Part shown: one piece after another, positions 11,146-24,368 of the stretch
Numbering within the stretch: the stretch's first letter is position 1
Layout: every line of letters starts with the position of its first letter
Source of the DNA: Hydrolagus colliei
Taxonomy: Eukaryota
DNA: 64,000 bases
Direction of reading: 5' to 3'
NCBI GenBank assembly: GCA_035084275.1
Contig: CM068761.1
Coordinates: forward strand, 8,618,001 to 8,682,000
Translations under genes and position numbers: made by a program
The notes under the pieces: generated by a model
Databases searched by the model: none
The model's input: the letters and a program-made list of their open reading frames with translations, nothing else
Told to the model about the DNA's origin: nothing

Positions 11146-13355
11146 TAGGGATTTGCAGAGGAGTGTTGGGTCAAAAGTATTATCTATCTGTTCATTTAAT
11201 TTATCAGTCAATGTATTATGGAAGTATTGAGTTTTAAAATGAATGCAGCGCTGGGTTTTCCACGCATGTGCAAGTTATTTGACTTTGACTTGTCCTAAAC
11301 GTGCATGGGATCAGCTCATGGACAGAATTGAATACACGTGAGTGGGCACTCTGGGGGAAATCTTCACTTGAGGACTGTTCTTCTTTTAGCGGTTTGTGTA
11401 ACATAACTCTATTCTTACACTAGCCGTTCCAATCTATATCACAATTTAGATGTCAGAGACATCTCCAGAAGATGGGACTTGTGTGTTCTTTTTTCATAAG
11501 AAGGAAAAGTAGTTTCACAGCTGTTAATATTTTATCAGAAAAAGCAGCCGCTGTAATTCACTGTGGCACTGATCTAGCTGTGATTCATACAGGGGCGACT
11601 TTCCGACTGTTTTAAAGGGAATGTAACCGAAAACATGTGTGGACAACCTGTGTGCGGATTTTCTTTCGTATTTTGTTTTGAACTGCTGTCATAACAATAA
11701 ATGTGTAAATATATATATTCAAAAATATTAAACCTTCTTTTGCAGCGCCTTAGGACGTCCTCGCGACGTGAAAGACGCTTTATAAGTTTAAATTGTTATT
11801 GTTGTTTTTTCCTACCACGACTGTCTCCAGGAACATTACTTCGATCGAATAAGAAATAACTAGCATGAAGTCAAAGCAAACCCAAATATGTCTATCTGTG
11901 TGTGTGAGGGATGGGTAACAGCAAATGACAATCGCTCTTATAAATATCAGATGTAATAACATGAAGTAACCATCTTGTATTTGTGCCAGGTTGAATGTTA
12001 ATTTCCCTGGGACTGGAATGGAATCCTGAGGCTCCACAGTCTCCCACTCTCTCCATATCCCTCACACCCTTACCTTATTGTGGAAAGTATTAGCTCCAGG
12101 TGGGCTACAGTCAAGGCATGGCCACGGGATTTGCCATTGGTGGCGTTGCGGTGGCGATGCCTTGACTGTAGAGGCCAAACACTGAAGGTGATTGATAACC
12201 CACTGTCTGTTGCTGTTCCCCAGGCTGACTGATGAAGAGAGAGGTCGCTGTATTTATTATTTATAATTTTGACTGCAAGAAATGTTCGTTTATCATCGGG
12301 GAATGTGAATCGCGCTATTATTCTGCTGTTAAACATATCACATCTGCAGTGAGGCATGGTGCAGTAAAGGGAATACTAGCATGAGAGCTGGGCTGGTACC
12401 TGGCGCAAGGTGATTTGGAGAATTTATTTCAGAAATCGAGAAACCGTATAAACAATTTGATTAACACTGTCACCGGCTGTAAAATGTGACTTGCACAGCA
12501 GGGTCTGTATCAGTTCAGGTGTGGCTTGTCAGTGTGTAAACTGTAACTGAATGAAAAGATGAAACTTTCCCAACTACAAATTATCTTTAATCGCGACAGG
12601 CTTCACCAGCGTATGATCCTCTTTGAACCTGGGCAAGCGAATCTTGCAGGATTCACACTCTGCAAAACCGTAAACTATATGAATATTTACAAGGATAAGA
12701 CTTGTCCAATATACGGTAAATAATTTAAGATTGTGCAATTTAAACAAAGTACTCCTTTTTATACTGCAAATGAAAACTAACATCATCTTCTGATATACTT
12801 TACCTCAGTGTTTAGAGCTCCAAGCGGGAAACATGGATTCGATTCCAGGCAGGGTGAAACTTTGGGCAAGTTTCCTTACTCCACACGCCTGATAATAATC
12901 GCGATTTTTTTTTGTGATTTCACTTCACAGCTGTTTGCTGGACACTGCTTTGCGCAATTGGCTGCAGCGATTTGTCCACAGATATACAGTCAATTAACTT
13001 TACATTATATACCGTGAAGCGCTGTGAGACGCCGAGAACACGTGAAAAACGCCATATCAAATGGATTATTATTATTATTATTATTTATTATCATTATTTA
13101 ATCAAACTCTCTAGGGTGAAACATTATGCAGTATTATCATGAAATACCTGTTGAAATCCGGGCGATAAATTCATTCAAATCTGCATGATGTTCCATCTGC
13201 TGTTCAGAACAAGGATTCCTATTGGACGATGGGAGCCGGAGGACAATTTGCCTAATTTACGAATTCAACTGCACTTGCATCACCTGATGGTTCTTAAGGA
13301 GAAGTTTACAATCGAGAAGTAAAGTGTCTTTTGTCTGTGAATCACTAATTTCTCT
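11146..13355 (+). pseudogene. Unit E: orphan upstream and promoter region, inverted sister of unit C
   Basis: Matches the reverse complement of 38560-43365 minus the transposon, including C-specific segments at 11147-11190 and 12030-12200. It ends at ...CACTAATTTCTCT, 22 nt before the position of the ATG in unit D. Confidence 0.88.
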
Positions 13356-15764
13356 CAAGGCCGTACGCAGGGGGGGGGTGCGACGGGTGCGTACGCACCC
13401 CCCCAAATTATAAAAGGTCCACATTTTCCGGGGTAGAGAATTGCATTTTTTTATCAAATTTAAATACCAAGTAAATTTATTGAACATTTGAGTAACAATC
13501 AGTTCTTCAAAACTATATATAAATTATAAACTCACATCTTTGAATGATTTAGTATTAATATAAAATTATCGAGTCGCACACCAGAATCGGCGTCTACCCC
13601 AAAACATACCGCGTCAATAGACCAGTCCATGACGCGGCGAGTCTGTGACTCGTGATTGGATAAACATAGGCGCCAAGACTCAAATCCTCGTTTGGAAATC
13701 ATCCTGTAAACAGCCACAAAGGGACAGCACCAATGCTGGAGTTAAAATCATCTTTTCATCTGATCACCGTAAGTAAAAATGACTCAAGTTTTGAGAGGTG
13801 TGACTGTAATGCTAGCAAACAATGACAACATATTTACAAGCTTCTGAGAAATTAAAGCTTTTGAGAACCCAACAAAAAAGTTATATGCTGGACGGGAATG
13901 CCTATCTTTAAAAAAAATACTCATGGACATAGACCTAGGCTTTAGCGCCTATTCTACGTGGTGTGTCAATCGGAAATCATCCCGTATACAGTCACTACAT
14001 AAAAAGGTAGCACCACTTTGTGGAAGCTGAAATCGTATTTTAATCTGATAATGTTAGCAATTGATAATAGTGCCTTAGTACATTGTCGAGACAGCTCAGA
14101 GCGCTTCACAGAACGTACTGTAAAGTGGCCAGTTTTTGCCCAGGATTGTCCCACAAACACCGATGGAGTGAGTCACCGATTTTATTTGGGGGCGTTTGTT
14201 GGCCAGGACAACAGGAGGGAGACTTCCCTCCGCTTTTCGAGTAGTGTCAGAGGATCTTTTCACATCCATCTAAACAGACGGATCAGACCTCGGTTCAGCA
14301 TCTCAACCAAAAGAACAGAGCCTCTAACAATGGGACACCCCCACACACAGCACCACATTGAAGTGTCAGCTTCCTCTGTGTGATACCGAGTGCCGACGTG
14401 GGGTTTGAACCCATAACTTTCTGACTCAGAGGCCAGAGTGCTACTCACTGTGCCAGGCGACTCGCCAGGTGATGCTGCTGTCTTCTATCACCTGTGGGAA
14501 ACTTTCTTTCCCTCCTACTCAGTGCCTCTGAATCTGAAGACATTCCCAAGGTCGAGGTTGCATATCTGACTGATTGACAACTGAGATTTATTTTCAGGGT
14601 TTGTGGGCAGTGTCACGTAATTGGCTATAACTTAAAGGATTGTTAACCTGCACCTGTTAGAGTTGAGGTCCCCAGAACTGCTGCCTCACACCAGCGGGAT
14701 ATAAAGGACAGGTGCAGTCGAGTCTGCAAAGCAACAGCTCTTCCTACACAAATCTCTTCAACGTGACTCCTCTGAAAGTCACTCTTTCTCTCTTTGAATA
14801 ATAATATAATCCGTGCATTTCATGTAGCGAGGTAGGTTAGGGCCGGTCTACCTCGTGTTCTGTGACCGTGCAATGGTTCCCATAGGATAGTAGGACTATG
14901 GACAGTTTCCTCCCGGCTTCTCCAGCTATGTCCGCTAAACCTAAGACGCCTCTGCGGTAATGTCTGTGATACCAGTGTGGTGGTGTACCATATAGCTCAC
15001 TATTTGTCAGATGCTGTCGCCAGTAAACATTCAGGGCGTCTCTTAGAAGCCTGGTGTATACCTCACGAGTCACCTAATCTCCTGGGTTTGCCTAAGTTTC
15101 CAGCATTCTGCTCCATATAGGAGCGACTTTCAGCCCTCGCGTTAATGCACATTCATTATAATATGGAAATCGATATTGGTAGAGCGGTTGACGTATTCGC
15201 TTCAAAGCGACCGAGGCATCTCGAATACGGAACGCTATTAAATAATTAATTTCCCCTCCCTTATTTTTTCAAGTATTTTTTCGTCAGATCAGTATTGCTT
15301 GATGGGTCACTTCCTTTAATTTTGATTCTAAATAAATAAAAACTAACTACACTATTGCTCACAGTTCAACGATATTTTCAGGATAATGCTGATAACAGGC
15401 TTGTAACACGTGTGAATTAACTGTTTTACATTGATTTTCAGTTTCTGTATATTTTCTTGTCTTTTATAAAATTTGCTTTGCTGGAATTTCTGAGCACATC
15501 ATTCATACTTTACTCTTACATTATTTTTCATTACAGTCCGAAAGAAATTTAGTCTTAGGATAACAATGCAGAACAACTTATTAATTACCGTCAATCTGTA
15601 GTTTATGATCATTTTCTCTATACGCCTACATTTATCAAGCATTCGTCATTGTACTGTGTTAATTGGATTGTAATTTACTTTATCGTTCGCATTCCTTACA
15701 TCATCGAGTCAACAATCGTGTTTGCTTTTATCGGCGAACACATTCGAACTTCCCAATTAGACAC
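13356..15764 (+). mobile_element. Non-autonomous TIR DNA transposon, copy 1, right end truncated
   Basis: Starts CAAGGCCGTACGCAGG and is colinear with the complete copy at 39820-42460, but lacks the last 230 bp or so. Confidence 0.92.
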
Positions 15765-15765
15765 T

Positions 15766-18401
15766 CAGGGCCGTACGCAGGATTTTTTTTGGGGGGGTGC
15801 GAATTGCTAGTGATGGGACCAACAATGGCCGGGGGCTTGGGGGCTGCCCCTGAAGCCCCCTCGAGGTTCCGACGTTTTACACAGTTTGAGGTCTTATTTA
15901 ATCGATTCAGAAGATCTAATATGAACGGTATTTATGCCCTTGGTGTTTAAGAGCATCATTATTTATTCAGTGTTTTTATTTTCCTGGGTAGTCCGTGTCT
16001 AATTGGGAAGTTCGATTGTGTTCGCCGATAAAAGCAAACACGATTGTTGACTCGATGATGTAAGGAATGCGAACGATAAAGTAAATTACAATCCAATTAA
16101 CACAGTACAATGACGAATGCTTGATAAATGTAGGCGTATAGAGAAAATGATCATAAACTACAGATTGACGGTAATTAATAAGTTGTTCTGCATTGTTATC
16201 CTAAGACTAAATTTCTTTCGGACTGTAATGAAAAATAATGTAAGAGTAAAGTATGAATGATGTGCTCAGAAATTCCAGCAAAGCAAATTTTATAAAAGAC
16301 AAGAAAATATACAGAAACTGAATATCAGTGTAAAACAGTTAATTCACACGTTTTACAAGCCTGTTATCAGCATTATCCTGAAAATATCGTTGAACTGTGA
16401 GCAATAGTGTAGTTAGTTTTTATTTATTTAGAATCAAAATTAAAGGAAGTGACCCATCAAGCAATACTGATCTGACGAAAAAATACTTGAAAAAATAAGG
16501 GAGGGGAAATTAATTATTTAATAGCGTTCCGTATTCGAGATGCCTCGGTCGCTTTGAAGCGAATACGTCAACCGCTCTACCAATATCGATTTCCATATTA
16601 TAATGAATGTGCATTAACGCGAGGGCTGAAAGTCGCTCCTATATGGAGCAGAATGCTGGAAACTTAGGCAAACCCAGGAGATTAGGTGACTCGTGAGGTA
16701 TACACCAGGCTTCTAAGAGACGCCCTGAATGTTTACTGGCGACAGCATCTGACAAATAGTGAGCTATATGGTACACCACCACACTGGTATCACAGACATT
16801 ACCGCAGAGGCGTCTTAGGTTTAGCGGACATAGCTGGAGAAGCCGGGAGGAAACTGTCCATAGTCCTACTATCCTATGGGAACCATTGCACGGTCACAGA
16901 ACACGAGGTAGACCGACCCTAACCTACCTCGCTACATGAAATGCACGGATTATATTATTATTCAAAGAGAGAAAGAGTGACTTTCAGAGGAGTCACGTTG
17001 AAGAGATTTGTGTAGGAAGAGCTGTTGCTTTGCAGACTCGACTGCACCTGTCCTTTATATCCCGCTGGTGTGAGGCAGCAGTTCTGGGGACCTCAACTCT
17101 AACAGGTGCAGGTTAACAATCCTTTAAGTTATAGCCAATTACGTGACACTGCCCACAAACCCTGAAAATAAATCTCAGTTGTCAATCAGTCAGATATGCA
17201 ACCTCGACCTTGGGAATGTCTTCAGATTCAGAGGCACTGAGTAGGAGGGAAAGAAAGTTTCCCACAGGTGATAGAAGACAGCAGCATCACCTGGCGAGTC
17301 GCCTGGCACAGTGAATAGCACTCTGGCCTCTGAGTCAGAAAGTTATGGGTTCAAACCCCACGTCGGCACTCGGTATCACACAGAGGAAGCTGACACTTCA
17401 ATGTGGTGCTGTGTGTGGGGGTGTCCCATTGTTAGAGGCTCTGTTCTTTTGGTTGAGATGCTGAACCGAGGTCTGATCCGTCTGTTTAGATGGATGTGAA
17501 AAGATCCTCTGACACTACTCGAAAAGCGGAGGGAAGTCTCCCTCCTGTTGTCCTGGCCAACAAACGCCCCCAAATAAAATCGGTGACTCACTCCATCGGT
17601 GTTTGTGGGACAATCCTGGGCAAAAACTGGCCACTTTACAGTACGTTCTGTGAAGCGCTCTGAGCTGTCTCGACAATGTACTAAGGCACTATTATCAATT
17701 GCTAACATTATCAGATTAAAATACGATTTCAGCTTCCACAAAGTGGTGCTACCTTTTTATGTAGTGACTGTATACGGGATGATTTCCGATTGACACACCG
17801 TGTAGAATAGGCGCTAAAGCCTAGGTCTATGTCCATGAGTATTTTTTTTAAAGATAGGCATTCCCGTCCAGCATATAACTTTTTTGTTGGGTTCTCAAAA
17901 GCTTTAATTTCTCAGAAGCTTGTAAATATGTTGTCATTGTTTGCTAGCATTACAGTCACACCTCTCAAAACTTGAGTCATTTTTACTTACGGTGATCAGA
18001 TGAAAAGATGATTTTAACTCCAGCATTGGTGCTGTCCCTTTGTGGCTGTTTACGGGATGATTTCCAAACGAGGATTTGAGTCTTGGCGCCTATGTTTATC
18101 CAATCACGAGTCACAGACTCGCCGCGTCATGGACTGGTCTATTGACGCGGTATGTTTTGGGGTAGACGCCGATTCTGGTGTGCGACTCGATAATTTTATA
18201 TTAATACTAAATCATTCAAAGATGTGAGTTTATAATTTATATATAGTTTTGAAGAACTGATTGTTACTCAAATGTTCAATAAATTTACTTGGTATTTAAA
18301 TTTGATAAAAAAATGCAATTCTCTACCCCGGAAAATGTGGACCTTTTATAATTTGGGGGGGTGCGTACGCACCCGTCGCACCCCCCCTGCGTACGGCCTT
18401 G
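15766..18401 (-). mobile_element. Non-autonomous TIR DNA transposon, copy 2 (inverted, complete)
   Basis: CAGGGCCGTACGCAGG ... CCTGCGTACGGCCTTG, 2636 bp. Confidence 0.93.
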
Positions 18402-18625
18402 ATCCCAAAGACACGAAAGTGCTATATCAATTGCAAGGACTATGTTATTATTGCTATTATTATTGTTATTATTCTACATATTTTTTAAATCATAAGAACA
18501 TAAGAAGTAGGAGCAGTAGTAGGCCATTCGGCCCTTCGAGCCTGCCCTGCCATTCAATCATGGCTGATATTCCATTCTAACTCTTAACTTCTAATCATGA
18601 TATTAAGGGGATTCGCCAGTACAGT
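18402..18625. repeat. 224-bp spacer of the tandem array, containing a CR1-type 3' end fragment (repeated at 21262-21485)
   Basis: Contains CATAAGAACATAAGAAGTAGGAGCAG...GGCCATTCGGCCCTTCGAGCC, a reverse CR1-like tail. The two spacer copies look identical by eye. Confidence 0.8.
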
Positions 18626-21261
18626 CAGGGCCGTACGCAGGATTTTTTTTGGGGGGGTGCGAATTGCTAGTGATGGGACCAACAATGGCCGGGGGCTTGG
18701 GGGCTGCCCCTGAAGCCCCCTCGAGGTTCCGACGTTTTACACAGTTTGAGGTCTTATTTAATCGATTCAGAAGATCTAATATGAACGGTATTTATGCCCT
18801 TGGTGTTTAAGAGCATCATTATTTATTCAGTGTTTTTATTTTCCTCGGTAGTCCGTGTCTAATTGGGAAGTTCGATTGTGTTCGCCGATAAAAGCAAACA
18901 CGATTGTTGACTCGATGATGTAAGGAATGCGAACGATAAAGTAAATTACAATCCAATTAACACAGTACAATGACGAATGCTTGATAAATGTAGGCGTATA
19001 GAGAAAATGATCATAAACTACAGATTGACGGTAATTAATAAGTTGTTCTGCATTGTTATCCTAAGACTAAATTTCTTTCGGACTGTAATGAAAAATAATG
19101 TAAGAGTAAAGTATGAATGATGTGCTCAGAAATTCCAGCAAAGCAAATTTTATAAAAGACAAGAAAATATACAGAAACTGAAAATCAGTGTAAAACAGTT
19201 AATTCACACGTTTTACAAGCCTGTTATCAGCATTATCCTGAAAATATCGTTGAACTGTGAGCAATAGTGTAGTTAGTTTTTATTTATTTAGAATCAAAAT
19301 TAAAGGAAGTGACCCATCAAGCAATACTGATCTGACGAAAAAATACTTGAAAAAATAAGGGAGGGGAAATTAATTATTTAATAGCGTTCCGTATTCGAGA
19401 TGCCTCGGTCGCTTTGAAGCGAATACGTCAACCGCTCTACCAATATCGATTTCCATATTATAATGAATGTGCATTAACGCGAGGGCTGAAAGTCGCTCCT
19501 ATATGGAGCAGAATGCTGGAAACTTAGGCAAACCCAGGAGATTAGGTGACTCGTGAGGTATACACCAGGCTTCTAAGAGACGCCCTGAATGTTTACTGGC
19601 GACAGCATCTGACAAATAGTGAGCTATATGGTACACCACCACACTGGTATCACAGACATTACCGCAGAGGCGTCTTAGGTTTAGCGGACATAGCTGGAGA
19701 AGCCGGGAGGAAACTGTCCATAGTCCTACTATCCTATGGGAACCATTGCACGGTCACAGAACACGAGGTAGACCGACCCTAACCTACCTCGCTACATGAA
19801 ATGCACGGATTATATTATTATTCAAAGAGAGAAAGAGTGACTTTCAGAGGAGTCACGTTGAAGAGATTTGTGTAGGAAGAGCTGTTGCTTTGCAGACTCG
19901 ACTGCACCTGTCCTTTATATCCCGCTGGTGTGAGGCAGCAGTTCTGGGGACCTCAACTCTAACAGGTGCAGGTTAACAATCCTTTAAGTTATAGCCAATT
20001 ACGTGACACTGCCCACAAACCCTGAAAATAAATCTCAGTTGTCAATCAGTCAGATATGCAACCTCGACCTTGGGAATGTCTTCAGATTCAGAGGCACTGA
20101 GTAGGAGGGAAAGAAAGTTTCCCACAGGTGATAGAAGACAGCAGCATCACCTGGCGAGTCGCCTGGCACAGTGAATAACACTCTGGCCTCTGAGTCAGAA
20201 AGTTATGGGTTCAAACCCCACGTCGGCACTCGGTATCACACAGAGGAAGCTGACACTTCAATGTGGTGCTGTGTGTGGGGGTGTCCCATTGTTAGAGGCT
20301 CTGTTCTTTTGGTTGAGATGCTGAACCGAGGTCTGATCCGTCTGTTTAGATGGATGTGAAAAGATCCTCTGACACTACTCGAAAAGCGGAGGGAAGTCTC
20401 CCTCCTGTTGTCCTGGCCAACAAACGCCCCCAAATAAAATCGGTGACTCACTCCATCGGTGTTTGTGGGACAATCCTGGGCAAAAACTGGCCACTTTACA
20501 GTACGTTCTGTGAAGCGCTCTGAGCTGTCTCGACAATGTACTAAGGCACTATTATCAATTGCTAACATTATCAGATTAAAATACGATTTCAGCTTCCACA
20601 AAGTGGTGCTACCTTTTTATGTAGTGACTGTATACGGGATGATTTCCGATTGACACACCATGTAGAATAGGCGCTAAAGCCTAGGTCTATGTCCATGAGT
20701 ATTTTTTTTAAAGATAGGCATTCCCGTCCAGCATATAACTTTTTTGTTGGGTTCTCAAAAGCTTTAATTTCTCAGAAGCTTGTAAATATGTTGTCATTGT
20801 TTGCTAGCATTACAGTCACACCTCTCAAAACTTGAGTCATTTTTACTTACGGTGATCAGATGAAAAGATGATTTTAACTCCAGCATTGGTGCTGTCCCTT
20901 TGTGGCTGTTTACGGGATGATTTCCAAACGAGGATTTGAGTCTTGGCGCCTATGTTTATCCAATCACGAGTCACAGACTCGCCGCGTCATGGACTGGTCT
21001 ATTGACGCGGTATGTTTTGGGGTAGACGCCGATTCTGGTGTGCGACTCGATAATTTTATATTAATACTAAATCATTCAAAGATGTGAGTTTATAATTTAT
21101 ATATAGTTTTGAAGAACTGATTGTTACTCAAATGTTCAATAAATTTACTTGGTATTTAAATTTGATAAAAAAATGCAATTCTCTACCCCGGAAAATGTGG
21201 ACCTTTTATAATTTGGGGGGGTGCGTACGCACCCGTCGCACCCCCCCTGCGTACGGCCTTG
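18626..21261 (-). mobile_element. Non-autonomous TIR DNA transposon, copy 3
   Basis: Exact 2860-bp periodicity, shown by identical ORF-track entries at 16686, 19546 and 22406. Confidence 0.93.
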
Positions 21262-21485
21262 ATCCCAAAGACACGAAAGTGCTATATCAATTGCAAGGAC
21301 TATGTTATTATTGCTATTATTATTGTTATTATTCTACATATTTTTTAAATCATAAGAACATAAGAAGTAGGAGCAGTAGTAGGCCATTCGGCCCTTCGAG
21401 CCTGCCCTGCCATTCAATCATGGCTGATATTCCATTCTAACTCTTAACTTCTAATCATGATATTAAGGGGATTCGCCAGTACAGT

Positions 21486-24121
21486 CAGGGCCGTACGCAG
21501 GATTTTTTTTGGGGGGGTGCGAATTGCTAGTGATGGGACCAACAATGGCCGGGGGCTTGGGGGCTGCCCCTGAAGCCCCCTCGAGGTTCCGACGTTTTAC
21601 ACAGTTTGAGGTCTTATTTAATCGATTCAGAAGATCTAATATGAACGGTATTTATGCCCTTGGTGTTTAAGAGCATCATTATTTATTCAGTGTTTTTATT
21701 TTCCTCGGTAGTCCGTGTCTAATTGGGAAGTTCGATTGTGTTCGCCGATAAAAGCAAACACGATTGTTGACTCGATGATGTAAGGAATGCGAACGATAAA
21801 GTAAATTACAATCCAATTAACACAGTACAATGACGAATGCTTGATAAATGTAGGCGTATAGAGAAAATGATCATAAACTACAGATTGACGGTAATTAATA
21901 AGTTGTTCTGCATTGTTATCCTAAGACTAAATTTCTTTCGGACTGTAATGAAAAATAATGTAAGAGTAAAGTATGAATGATGTGCTCAGAAATTCCAGCA
22001 AAGCAAATTTTATAAAAGACAAGAAAATATACAGAAACTGAAAATCAGTGTAAAACAGTTAATTCACACGTTTTACAAGCCTGTTATCAGCATTATCCTG
22101 AAAATATCGTTGAACTGTGAGCAATAGTGTAGTTAGTTTTTATTTATTTAGAATCAAAATTAAAGGAAGTGACCCATCAAGCAATACTGATCTGACGAAA
22201 AAATACTTGAAAAAATAAGGGAGGGGAAATTAATTATTTAATAGCGTTCCGTATTCGAGATGCCTCGGTCGCTTTGAAGCGAATACGTCAACCGCTCTAC
22301 CAATATCGATTTCCATATTATAATGAATGTGCATTAACGCGAGGGCTGAAAGTCGCTCCTATATGGAGCAGAATGCTGGAAACTTAGGCAAACCCAGGAG
22401 ATTAGGTGACTCGTGAGGTATACACCAGGCTTCTAAGAGACGCCCTGAATGTTTACTGGCGACAGCATCTGACAAATAGTGAGCTATATGGTACACCACC
22501 ACACTGGTATCACAGACATTACCGCAGAGGCGTCTTAGGTTTAGCGGACATAGCTGGAGAAGCCGGGAGGAAACTGTCCATAGTCCTACTATCCTATGGG
22601 AACCATTGCACGGTCACAGAACACGAGGTAGACCGACCCTAACCTACCTCGCTACATGAAATGCACGGATTATATTATTATTCAAAGAGAGAAAGAGTGA
22701 CTTTCAGAGGAGTCACGTTGAAGAGATTTGTGTAGGAAGAGCTGTTGCTTTGCAGACTCGACTGCACCTGTCCTTTATATCCCGCTGGTGTGAGGCAGCA
22801 GTTCTGGGGACCTCAACTCTAACAGGTGCAGGTTAACAATCCTTTAAGTTATAGCCAATTACGTGACACTGCCCACAAACCCTGAAAATAAATCTCAGTT
22901 GTCAATCAGTCAGATATGCAACCTCGACCTTGGGAATGTCTTCAGATTCAGAGGCACTGAGTAGGAGGGAAAGAAAGTTTCCCACAGGTGATAGAAGACA
23001 GCAGCATCACCTGGCGAGTCGCCTGGCACAGTGAATAGCACTCTGGCCTCTGAGTCAGAAAGTTATGGGTTCAAACCCCACGTCGGCACTCGGTATCACA
23101 CAGAGGAAGCTGACACTTCAATGTGGTGCTGTGTGTGGGGGTGTCCCATTGTTAGAGGCTCTGTTCTTTTGGTTGAGATGCTGAACCGAGGTCTGATCCG
23201 TCTGTTTAGATGGATGTGAAAAGATCCTCTGACACTACTCGAAAAGCGGAGGGAAGTCTCCCTCCTGTTGTCCTGGCCAACAAACGCCCCCAAATAAAAT
23301 CGGTGACTCACTCCATCGGTGTTTGTGGGACAATCCTGGGCAAAAACTGGCCACTTTACAGTACGTTCTGTGAAGCGCTCTGAGCTGTCTCGACAATGTA
23401 CTAAGGCACTATTATCAATTGCTAACATTATCAGATTAAAATACGATTTCAGCTTCCACAAAGTGGTGCTACCTTTTTATGTAGTGACTGTATACGGGAT
23501 GATTTCCGATTGACACACCATGTAGAATAGGCGCTAAAGCCTAGGTCTATGTCCATGAGTATTTTTTTTAAAGATAGGCATTCCCGTCCAGCATATAACT
23601 TTTTTGTTGGGTTCTCAAAAGCTTTAATTTCTCAGAAGCTTGTAAATATGTTGTCATTGTTTGCTAGCATTACAGTCACACCTCTCAAAACTTGAGTCAT
23701 TTTTACTTACGGTGATCAGATGAAAAGATGATTTTAACTCCAGCATTGGTGCTGTCCCTTTGTGGCTGTTTACGGGATGATTTCCAAACGAGGATTTGAG
23801 TCTTGGCGCCTATGTTTATCCAATCACGAGTCACAGACTCGCCGCGTCATGGACTGGTCTATTGACGCGGTATGTTTTGGGGTAGACGCCGATTCTGGTG
23901 TGCGACTCGATAATTTTATATTAATACTAAATCATTCAAAGATGTGAGTTTATAATTTATATATAGTTTTGAAGAACTGATTGTTACTCAAATGTTCAAT
24001 AAATTTACTTGGTATTTAAATTTGATAAAAAAATGCAATTCTCTACCCCGGAAAATGTGGACCTTTTATAATTTGGGGGGGTGCGTACGCACCCGTCGCA
24101 CCCCCCCTGCGTACGGCCTTG
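21486..24121 (-). mobile_element. Non-autonomous TIR DNA transposon, copy 4
   Basis: Both TIRs are present. Last unit of the 2860-bp array. Confidence 0.93.
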
Positions 24122-24368
24122 GTACACATATAGAAAATTAATCTGTTACCAGATATTAGAATAAGGAACCCCAAATTGAATTTATATACAGTAGAATTAG
24201 TGTTGCTATACGTTGTGGTTACAACATAAGAAATATGGAACTCGTGAAGACAAAGAGACATATTGGTCTGCAAATGAAATCATAGAATCATAGAATCATA
24301 GAATTTTACGGCACAAAAGGAGGCCATTCGGCCCATCTAGTCTGTGCCGGCTCTTTGAAAAGAGCGAT

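Noticed and set aside
13356-15997. Fold-back (snap-back) origin of the palindrome
   Set aside because: The left arm shares diagnostic variants with the distant 39.8-kb copy rather than with the adjacent inverted copy.
15766-24121. CRISPR-like or programmed repeat-spacer array
   Set aside because: The units are 2.6-kb transposons, the spacers are identical, and the context is eukaryotic.
13532-24273. Recurrent 61-121 aa ORFs (MTREVY..., MWKLKS..., MAVYGM..., MFNKFT...)
   Set aside because: They recur only because the transposon is repeated. They are chance frames over SINE and RTE cargo, and no transposase motif was seen.
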